Made by a program: the position numbers and the translations under genes
Assembly: GCA_036271555.1 (NCBI GenBank)
Contig: DATBAK010000084.1
Coordinates: 15,053 to 79,052, forward strand
DNA length: 64,000 nucleotides
Direction: 5' to 3'
Source of the DNA: Acidimicrobiia bacterium
GTDB taxonomy: Bacteria; Actinomycetota; Acidimicrobiia; IMCC26256; PALSA-610
Shown here: positions 1-7,330 of the stretch, piece after piece
Numbering within the stretch: position 1 is the stretch's first letter
Layout of the letters: each line of letters opens with the position of its first letter
Notes under the pieces: generated by a model
Told to the model about the DNA's origin: nothing
The model's input: only the letters and a program-made list of their open reading frames with translations
Database searches by the model: none

Positions 1-2
1 AC

Positions 3-500
3 GACGGCTACGCCGACCTGAGTCCGCCCGCGATCCATCGGCGCACCGTTCGGCTCGACCGTGACGCGCGCCGCTTGGAGATCGTCGACGAGATCGACAC
101 GACGGGCGCGCACGCGTTACAGCTCGCGTTCCACCTCGGCTGCGACGTGTCGGTGCGGCCCGCGACCACGGACGCTTCGGTGTTCGCGCTCGCGTGGCCG
201 ACGGCCGCCGGCTGCGCGACGGCGACGTTGGTGCTCGCCGACGCGCTCGAGTGGCGCGTCGTGCGGGGCGGACTCGACCCGGTGCTCGGCTGGTACTCCC
301 CGAGCTTCGGCGTGAAGCAGCCGACGACGACGCTCGTCGGCACCGGCACCAGCGTCGAGACCGCGCGTCGCCTCCACACGGAACTGGCCTTCGAGGACGC
401 CGAAGCACGACCGCACGCGCGCGAAGCGAGCGGCGCCGCCTCGACAGTTCCCGGGCGCGTCGAGGAGGGCGAGCTTGCGAGCCCGACCCCGGAATCATGA
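3..500 (+). CDS. heparinase II/III-like (alginate lyase superfamily) protein, C-terminal part; 5' end outside window
   Basis: Frame is open from the window edge to TGA at 498-500. The translation (...HRRTVRLDRDARRLEIVDEI...LDPVLGWYSPSFGVKQPTTTLVG...) resembles the conserved C-terminal domain of heparinase II/III family proteins found in EPS loci. The stop overlaps the next ATG (ATGA). Confidence 0.6.
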   Translation, partial: DGYADLSPPAIHRRTVRLDRDARRLEIVDEIDTTGAHALQLAFHLGCDVSVRPATTDASVFALAWPTAAGCATATLVLADALEWRVVRGGLDPVLGWYSPSFGVKQPTTTLVGTGTSVETARRLHTELAFEDAEARPHAREASGAASTVPGRVEEGELASPTPES

Positions 501-3103
501 CTGATACGGCGACCCCGACGGTCATCGACCTGCGCGCCGCGCCCGACGACGCCGCGACCGCCGCGCCGCGCGTCGTGATCGCGACGATCCTGCCGCCCGA
601 CGGGTCGACCGGCGTGCAGACCCACGTGCGCGAGGTCCACGCCTACCTCGAGAGCGTCGGGCGCGAGGTGACGATCGTGCACCCGCGATCGCACGAGGCC
701 GCGCTCGCGCTCGCGGTGTTCGCGGCGCGCGTGCCGGTCGCCGCCGCCAGCGAAGAGGCGGGCATCGCCTGGTACCGCGAGTGGCACTGGCGCTTCCTGC
801 GGCGCGCACTCCGGACCGAGCTCGCGCAGGCGAGCAATGTCGTCGTCTACGCGCAGTGCCCGCTCGCGGCGCGCGCCGCGCTCGACGTACGGCGCGGTCC
901 GCACCAGCGCGTCGTGATGGCCGTGCACTTCGACGGGTCGCAGGCCGACGAGTGGGTCGACAAGGGGCTCATCCGCGACGGCGGCCGCGTGTACCGCCGC
1001 ATCCGCGCGCTCGAGCGGCTCACGATCCCGAACGTCGACGGCGTCGTGTTCATGTCGGCGTCGGCGACGCAGTCACTGCGCCGGTACGGGCTGTGCCTCG
1101 ACGCGTCGGCGTGTCAGCTGGTGCCGAACTTCGCGGCGCCGAGCACGCCGCGGATCCCACCGACCGGCGGCGCCGACCTCGTGACCGTGGGCGGACTCGA
1201 GCTCTACAAGAACCACCAGTACCTGCTGCACGTGCTCGCAGCCGCCAAGGATCTCGGCCGGCGGTACACCGTCGACATCATCGGCGACGGCCCGACCCGC
1301 CGGCCCCTGGCGCGACTCGCGCGCGAGCTCGGGATCGAGGACCAGGTGCACCTGCTCGGCTACGTGTCGGGTGCGCGCGACTTCCTGCCCGCGTATCGCG
1401 CCTACGCGCACACCGCGACGCGCGAGGTGCTGCCCTACGCGGTGATCGAGGCGATGGCCGCGGGGCTGCCGGTCGTCGCGGGGCGCATCGGCGGGATCGC
1501 CGAGATGATCAGTGACGGTTCGGAGGGCTACTTCTGGCCGCTCGACGACGCGCCGGCCGCGGCCGAGGTGCTCGTCCGGCTGCTCGACGACGAACCGCAC
1601 CGCGCCGAGCTCGGCGCGCAGGCGCGCGTCCGGTTCGAGGACCGCTACGACGCACGCGTCGTCGGCCCGCTGCTCGTCGACTTCCTCGTGCACGGTCGGC
1701 GCGGTGAGTTGCCGCTCGTGGCCGCCGCACCCGACACGGCGACGCGCGGCGATCGCAACCCACCACCACCGCTTCCACCCGAGCCGAAGATCGTCGAGCC
1801 CGACGACGCGGCCGGGCGCGCGAAGCCGTCGCGCCGCGTCTTCATCACGACGGTCGACCAGGCGTTCTCGTCGGCGTCGAACTTCGCGGTCGGGGTCGTC
1901 GTCGCGCACATCGCCGGCCTCGCAGGTCTGGGTGCCTTCGCGGTCGCGTACACCGCGTGGCTCGCGCTCGGCACCGCGCACCGCGCACTGATCACGGATC
2001 CGATGGCGATCGACAACGACGTGCTGCGCGCCGATGCGAGCGCGCGCATGAGCGCCGGCCTCGCGGCCGAGGTCACGCTCGGTCTCGGCGCGGCCGCGCT
2101 CCTCGCGCTCCTGGCCGCGCCCCTGCTCTTCACCGGCTTGCGGTCCTACGCGATCGCACTGCTCGTCCTCGCGCTCTTCCTACCGGTGCTGCTCGTGCAG
2201 GACTACTGGCGCTGGGTCGGCTTCATGCAGGCGCGGCCCGAGCGGTCACTCGCGAACGACACGCTCTTCAACTGCGTGCAGGCGCTCGGCTTCGTCGTGC
2301 TCATCGGCGCGGGGTTCCGATCGCCGTCGATCGCGATCGTCGCGTGGGGGGTGGGCGCGGCTGCGGGCGCGGTGTACGGCGCGCGGCAGTTCTCGGTGCG
2401 CTTCACCCGGCACGGCGGGCCCGCGATGATCCGCTCGCGTTGGCCGATGAGCAAGTGGCTGTTCGCCGGCGGCCTCGCGAGCTGGGGCAGCGCGCAGGCG
2501 TACCCATTGCTCGCAGGCCCGGGCGTCGGCTCGGTCGGGCTCGGCGGGTTGAAGGCCGCGCAGAACCTCATGAGCGGGCCGACGCTGGTTCTCATCCAGG
2601 CCGGCGGCAGCATCGGCCTGCCCGAGGCCTCGCGGTCGCTCGAACGCGGCGGCTGGCCGAGGCTGCGGCGCGTCGCGCTGTTCGTCACCCTCGCCGGTGT
2701 CGCGAGCGTCGGGCTCGTCGCCGCGGTCGTATTCGCACAGGGCGCGCGTATCCTGCGCGTCGTGTACGGCGGCTCGTCGGCGCACTACGCCACGGCGGCG
2801 CGGATCATCGCGTTCGCGTGGCTCGTGCAGACGCTCGGGCTCGGGCCCATCCTCGTGCTCAAGGCGACGAAGCAGGCGCGCATGCTCTTCAACATCGCGG
2901 TGACCTCGGTCGTCGCCGCGTGCCTGCTCATCCCGGCATGCTCGTTCGCGTGGGGCGTGAACGGCACCGCGTGGGCACTCGTCGCCACCGCGGCGGTCAC
3001 CGCGGTCGTCGAGATCGCGGCGTACTACCGCACGAGCCGTGCGTTCGCGTTGGATCCGCACGCAAAGTTCGAGGACGACGTGGAACGCGCGGTGGTGTCG
3101 TGA
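497..3103 (+). CDS. GT-B/GT4-type glycosyltransferase fused in one ORF to a Wzx/MOP-like polysaccharide flippase
   Basis: ATG at 497 sits in an ATGA overlap with the upstream stop. The N-terminal ~400 aa carry a GT4 EX7E-type motif (REVLPYAVIEAMAAGLPVV). A Pro-rich linker (NPPPPLPPEPK) follows, then a ~420-aa polytopic membrane domain typical of Wzx-like flippases (VDQAFSSASNFAVGVVVAH...). No in-frame stop separates the halves. An in-frame GTG at 1718 could start a separate flippase gene. The ORF-track start at 194 is rejected as an extension overlapping the upstream gene. Confidence 0.7.
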   Translation: MTDTATPTVIDLRAAPDDAATAAPRVVIATILPPDGSTGVQTHVREVHAYLESVGREVTIVHPRSHEAALALAVFAARVPVAAASEEAGIAWYREWHWRFLRRALRTELAQASNVVVYAQCPLAARAALDVRRGPHQRVVMAVHFDGSQADEWVDKGLIRDGGRVYRRIRALERLTIPNVDGVVFMSASATQSLRRYGLCLDASACQLVPNFAAPSTPRIPPTGGADLVTVGGLELYKNHQYLLHVLAAAKDLGRRYTVDIIGDGPTRRPLARLARELGIEDQVHLLGYVSGARDFLPAYRAYAHTATREVLPYAVIEAMAAGLPVVAGRIGGIAEMISDGSEGYFWPLDDAPAAAEVLVRLLDDEPHRAELGAQARVRFEDRYDARVVGPLLVDFLVHGRRGELPLVAAAPDTATRGDRNPPPPLPPEPKIVEPDDAAGRAKPSRRVFITTVDQAFSSASNFAVGVVVAHIAGLAGLGAFAVAYTAWLALGTAHRALITDPMAIDNDVLRADASARMSAGLAAEVTLGLGAAALLALLAAPLLFTGLRSYAIALLVLALFLPVLLVQDYWRWVGFMQARPERSLANDTLFNCVQALGFVVLIGAGFRSPSIAIVAWGVGAAAGAVYGARQFSVRFTRHGGPAMIRSRWPMSKWLFAGGLASWGSAQAYPLLAGPGVGSVGLGGLKAAQNLMSGPTLVLIQAGGSIGLPEASRSLERGGWPRLRRVALFVTLAGVASVGLVAAVVFAQGARILRVVYGGSSAHYATAARIIAFAWLVQTLGLGPILVLKATKQARMLFNIAVTSVVAACLLIPACSFAWGVNGTAWALVATAAVTAVVEIAAYYRTSRAFALDPHAKFEDDVERAVVS

Positions 3104-4641
3104 CCGAGCAACCCCTCGACCTCCGGCGCATGGCGGGCGCGATCTGGCGCCAGCGAATCCGTTTTCTCGCCTGCGCGGTCATCGGTCTCCTGCTGGGGAC
3201 CGCGCTCGCGATCGCGTCTCCACCGCCCTACACGGCGCGCGCGCTCGTGTTGCTGCCCGCATCCGGGCTCGACTCCACCGGCGCGCCGACGCGCGACGTA
3301 CAGACCCAGGTGCGCATCGCGTCGAGCAGCGACGTGCTCGGGCGCGCGAGCCGCGCGCTGCACCCGTCGCCCGGCATCGCCGAGCTGCGCCACCGCGTCC
3401 ACGTGAGCGCGCCGACCCCGGACCTGCTCCAGTTCGCGGTGCACGCACCGTCGAAGCAGGTGGCCGAGACGACGGCGAACCAGGTCGCGGCCTCCTACGT
3501 CCAATGGTCGCAGCAGGGCACTTCGGCGCTGGTGTCGCGTGTCGTCACCACATTGAAAGCCCGCGCGACCACGCTCACCGCCCAGGCGACCAACCTCCAG
3601 AGCCAGATCGACGCAGGACTCGCCGCCCTCGGCCAGCTCGACCCCACCAGCGCCGCGGCCGCGAGCGAGCAGGCGCACCTCGACTCGTTGCGATCGCAGC
3701 AGTCCGACCTCACGTCGCAGCTGCTCAACCTCAACAGCCAGATCTCCGACGTCCAGTCGAACTCCGCGGTCACGAACTCGGGTACGAGCGTGCTCCAGCG
3801 CGCCTCGGGCGCGTCGAGCGCGCTCGCGCTCACCCTGACGCGCGACCTCGGCCTCGGGCTGCTGCTCGGCCTCATCGCGGGCGCGGTCGTCGCACTCGCC
3901 TACGAGCGTCGCGACCGACGACTCCGCCGGCGCGACGACATCGCGCGCGCCGCCGGCGTGCCGACGATCGCCTCGGTATCGACCACTTCGGCGCGCAGCC
4001 CGGAAGAGCGGCTCGAGCTCATGTCGCGCTACGAGCCGACGCTCGACGCGAGCTTCGGCTTGCGCTGGATCCTCCGCCATCTGCTCACCGCGCACGACGA
4101 CGGCCCCGCTCGCGTGCTGGTGCTGCAGCTCCCCGGCGACGACGCCGCCCAGGCGGTGCCGCTGCAGCTGGCCGCGTTCAGCGCGCGCGCCGGCGTCCGC
4201 ACGGTGCTCGTCGATCCGATCGCGCGACCGGCGATCGACCTGACGACGGGCGGCGCCGACCACGACGACGACGACCCGTCGATCCCCGCGCTCCCCAACC
4301 TGTGGCTCGTCGACCCGCGCGCCGACGCGCGCGAGATCGAACGGTGCGACCCGCAGCTCGTGATCGGCGTCCTCGTCGCGAACGGCAGTCCGATCGAGCG
4401 GGGCAACCCCGACCGGTTGACGACGACGCTGCTCGCGGTCTCGTCCGGCTTCGCGACGTCGGAGACGCTGGGCGCGGTGTCGATGGCCGCGTCCGAGTCC
4501 GGTCGCTCGCTCCTGGGCGTGATCGTGGCGAATCCCGAACCGCGCGACGACAGCAGCGGACGCGATGCCGCGGAGCTCGAGGAGCCACGGCCGATCCTGC
4601 CGTTCCCGATCAACCCCACGCACCGCGCGGGATCGCGATGA
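3100..4641 (+). CDS. polysaccharide co-polymerase (Wzz/PCP, chain-length determinant) with degenerate BY-kinase-like C-terminal domain
   Basis: GTG at 3100 sits in a GTGA overlap. The layout is an N-terminal TM segment (FLACAVIGLLLGTALAIA), a long coiled-coil-like Q/S/L-rich periplasmic region, a second TM (LGLGLLLGLIAGAVVALAY), then a P-loop-NTPase-like domain. In that domain the Walker A position reads PGDDAAQ instead of PGxGK[ST]. Confidence 0.7.
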   Translation: MTEQPLDLRRMAGAIWRQRIRFLACAVIGLLLGTALAIASPPPYTARALVLLPASGLDSTGAPTRDVQTQVRIASSSDVLGRASRALHPSPGIAELRHRVHVSAPTPDLLQFAVHAPSKQVAETTANQVAASYVQWSQQGTSALVSRVVTTLKARATTLTAQATNLQSQIDAGLAALGQLDPTSAAAASEQAHLDSLRSQQSDLTSQLLNLNSQISDVQSNSAVTNSGTSVLQRASGASSALALTLTRDLGLGLLLGLIAGAVVALAYERRDRRLRRRDDIARAAGVPTIASVSTTSARSPEERLELMSRYEPTLDASFGLRWILRHLLTAHDDGPARVLVLQLPGDDAAQAVPLQLAAFSARAGVRTVLVDPIARPAIDLTTGGADHDDDDPSIPALPNLWLVDPRADAREIERCDPQLVIGVLVANGSPIERGNPDRLTTTLLAVSSGFATSETLGAVSMAASESGRSLLGVIVANPEPRDDSSGRDAAELEEPRPILPFPINPTHRAGSR

Positions 4642-6095
4642 GCGCGCGCCCGTCCGACCTCCTCGCGGGACCGGCCGACGGTCTCGTCAGCGTGCACACG
4701 GTCCTCGCCGCGTGGCGACGCGCGCGCCGCCTCGTCGCGGCATTCGCGATCGTCGGCGTCGTCGCCGGCCTCGTGTTCGCGTTCGGGGTGTCGCAGCGCC
4801 GCTCGGCGACCACGTCGTTGCTGCTGCAGTATCCGAACGGCGTCGATCCGTCGCAGGCGGTCCAGACCGATCTCAGCCTGCTCGAGACGCGCGCGGTCGC
4901 GCGCGCGGCCGAGAAGTCACTCGGGCTCCACCAGTCTCCGGTGAGCTTCGCCGCGAGCTACCACGGCACGGTCCTCAGCAACTCCGTGTTGGAGATCACC
5001 GCGCGCGCCGGCGACTCGACCGAGGCCGTGCGGCGCGCGAACGCGCTGTCCCGCGCATTCCTCCAGTTCCGCAAGCAGACCTACGACTACCAGCTCACCG
5101 TGGTCGAGAAGGTGCTGCGGCAACGCGAGCAGGCGCTCGAGATCGAGCTCACGGCGACGAACCGTCAGATCACGGCGCTCGGTACCACTCCCGACCAACC
5201 GACCGCGCCCGACGCGCCGACGCTCAGCGATCTCCTGACGCAGCGCGCCGCGCAGACGAGCGGCATCGACCAGATCGAGAGCCAGGTCGAGACGAACGTG
5301 CTCGCGACCACGACCGTCGTCGAGGGCAGTCATGTCATCGACGCGGCCGCGCCGGTCGCGCTCTCGCGCGCCAAGACGCTCCTCGCCGACGTCGGGACGG
5401 GACTCGTCGCCGCGCTCGCGCTCGCGTTGGGTGGCGTGACCCTCGCCGCGGTCGTCTCCACGCGTCCGGTTCGACGCGCCGATGTCGCGGCCGCGCTGTC
5501 GGCGCCGGTGCTCGTGAGCGTCGGCCGGATGCGACGGGTGCCGTGGCGTTTCGCGCGACGCTCGAAGGGCCCCGACGACATGACGCTCGTCGTGCGGCAC
5601 CTCGTCGGGCTCTTGAAGTCCGCCACTACGAAGCCGCCCGCGCTCGTCGTCGTCGCGGTCGGCGACATCGGCGTCGCGAAGGCCGCGGTCGGGGCGCTCG
5701 ATCGCCGGCTCGCAGAAGACGGCTTCGTGGTCACGGTCGTCAACGAGACCGGCGGTGCGCTGGCGTCGCCCGCGGACGACGATGTCGAAGCGGGCGCCGA
5801 CGCGCGGCGCGACGGGGTGGTCGTGCTCGCGGTGCTCGCGCCCGCGCGCGGCGCGGAGCACCTGCGCGAGTGGGCGAGCGACGCGGTCATCGTCGTCACC
5901 GCGGGCCGGGCGAGCACCGCGACGCTCCAGTCGCAGGCGACGATGATCCGCGCCGCGGGGCTGAAGCTGCGGTCGGTCGTGCTCGTCGGGAGTGATCCGC
6001 ACGACGACAGCCTCGGCGCGTTCATGGTGCCCGTGTCCGCCGAGGTCGAGAACGCGCCGGCACACCGCCGCGCGCCGAAGGCGCCGGTGTCGTGA
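4638..6095 (+). CDS. second polysaccharide co-polymerase (Wzz/PCP)-like protein with degenerate kinase-like C-terminus
   Basis: ATG at 4638 sits in an ATGA overlap. The two-TM plus coiled-coil layout matches the preceding gene (AFAIVGVVAGLVFAFGV ... LVAALALALGGVTLAAVV). The C-terminal domain has VGDIGVAKAA at the Walker A position, with no GK[ST]. Confidence 0.7.
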   Translation: MSARPSDLLAGPADGLVSVHTVLAAWRRARRLVAAFAIVGVVAGLVFAFGVSQRRSATTSLLLQYPNGVDPSQAVQTDLSLLETRAVARAAEKSLGLHQSPVSFAASYHGTVLSNSVLEITARAGDSTEAVRRANALSRAFLQFRKQTYDYQLTVVEKVLRQREQALEIELTATNRQITALGTTPDQPTAPDAPTLSDLLTQRAAQTSGIDQIESQVETNVLATTTVVEGSHVIDAAAPVALSRAKTLLADVGTGLVAALALALGGVTLAAVVSTRPVRRADVAAALSAPVLVSVGRMRRVPWRFARRSKGPDDMTLVVRHLVGLLKSATTKPPALVVVAVGDIGVAKAAVGALDRRLAEDGFVVTVVNETGGALASPADDDVEAGADARRDGVVVLAVLAPARGAEHLREWASDAVIVVTAGRASTATLQSQATMIRAAGLKLRSVVLVGSDPHDDSLGAFMVPVSAEVENAPAHRRAPKAPVS

Positions 6096-7330
6096 GCACG
6101 ACGACCGTCGCACCGATCCCGACCGCGCTCGCCGCGACGGAGCCGAAGCCGGCGCGGCGCGACCGCCGGCGCCTCGGCCTCTTCGTGTGGGCGCTGCTGT
6201 TCTTCAACGGGCTCGCGTTCAACCAGATGCCGCTGCTCGTCCCGATCCCGACCTTCGTCGGCAAGCTCCTGACGCAGGGCGCGCTCGCGCTCGCAGTCGT
6301 GCTCGCGCTGTGGCTCAACCGCGATCGCGTCGTCCGGCCGAACTTGTTCCTCACCCTGTTCACGGTCCTGGCGCTCGCGTCGCTCACCGTCAGCATCCAC
6401 GCGGTCTACGGCTTCGGGACGCTCTTTCGCGCCGGGCGCTTCTGCGCGTTCGTCGCCGTGCTGTGGTTGCTGACGCCGCTGTTCGGGCGACCCGATCGCA
6501 CGCTGCTGAAGTGGCACGTGACCTGTCTCCTCGGCGTCCTGTCGACGGTGGTCGTGGGGTTCTTCGTCGCGCCGGGCCGGGCGCGCCAGACCGACGGCCG
6601 GCTCGGCGGGCAGCTGTGGCCGATCCCGCCGACGCAGGTCGGTCACTACGCGGCGGTGCTCGCCGGCATCGTCGTCGTGCTCGGCCTGTGCGGTGTGCTG
6701 CGCGCCCGTGCCGCGATGCTGATCGCGATGCCGGCGGTCGCGGTGCTGCTCCTCTCGCACACCCGCACCGCGCTCATCGCCATGATCGCGGGAGTGATCT
6801 TCGCGATGCTGAGCGTGCTGACGATGCGGCGACGCGTGCGGCAGGCGTTGATCGTCGCGGTGGTGCTCGGCATCCTCGGCGCGACCGTGCTCGCGCCCGC
6901 GCTGCGCACGTGGTTCGCGCGCGGCGAGTCGTCGGAGCTCGTCGGGCAGCTGAACGGCCGCCGCACCGTGTGGAACGAGCTCGTGCAGGCGCCGCGCACA
7001 CGCGTCACCGAGGTGTTCGGCATCGGGCTCACGAACAAGTCGTTCGCAGGCTTGCCGATCGACAACAGCTGGCTCGCCACGTACCAGGACCAGGGTCTGC
7101 TCGGCGACGCGCTGTGCGCCGCGATCCTGCTGTCGTTACTACTGCTCGCGAGCATGCGACCGCGCGGTCCCGGCGTTGCGATCGCGGTGTTCCTCGTCGT
7201 CTACTGCGCGATCGCGTCGTTCACGGAGACCGGGCTCGGCGACGTGTCGCCCTACGTGCTCGACCTCACGGTCGCGGCGTCGTTGCTCGCGCTACCGGGC
7301 GACGGCCTGCGCGCGGTGGTCTCGCGATGA
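6092..7330 (+). CDS. O-antigen ligase/polymerase (Wzy-like) family membrane protein
   Basis: GTG at 6092 sits in a GTGA overlap. The protein is polytopic, about 10-12 hydrophobic segments. It has the HTRTALIAMIAGVIF region typical of the Wzy_C/O-antigen ligase domain and a large loop before the last TMs. Confidence 0.75.
   Translation: MSTTTVAPIPTALAATEPKPARRDRRRLGLFVWALLFFNGLAFNQMPLLVPIPTFVGKLLTQGALALAVVLALWLNRDRVVRPNLFLTLFTVLALASLTVSIHAVYGFGTLFRAGRFCAFVAVLWLLTPLFGRPDRTLLKWHVTCLLGVLSTVVVGFFVAPGRARQTDGRLGGQLWPIPPTQVGHYAAVLAGIVVVLGLCGVLRARAAMLIAMPAVAVLLLSHTRTALIAMIAGVIFAMLSVLTMRRRVRQALIVAVVLGILGATVLAPALRTWFARGESSELVGQLNGRRTVWNELVQAPRTRVTEVFGIGLTNKSFAGLPIDNSWLATYQDQGLLGDALCAAILLSLLLLASMRPRGPGVAIAVFLVVYCAIASFTETGLGDVSPYVLDLTVAASLLALPGDGLRAVVSR

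Noticed and set aside
194-496. Upstream extensions offered by the ORF track: 194 for the GT4 gene, 12099 for the beta-helix gene, 21208 for the Cys-loop gene, 43404 for the fused permease, 44402 for oppF, 51392 for the thiolase-like gene and 55378 for the O-methyltransferase
   Set aside because: The extensions overlap the preceding gene or encode Arg/Pro-rich junk. Internal starts give signal peptides, RBS-like GGAGG/GGGGG boxes or 4-nt ATGA/GTGA couplings, and match normal family N-termini.
8-928. 306-aa minus-strand ORF overlapping the heparinase-like and GT4 genes
   Set aside because: It is antisense to genes supported by homology. The translation is Arg/Ala/Gly/Pro-rich low-complexity sequence, as expected for shadow ORFs in ~70% GC DNA, and carries no recognisable motif.
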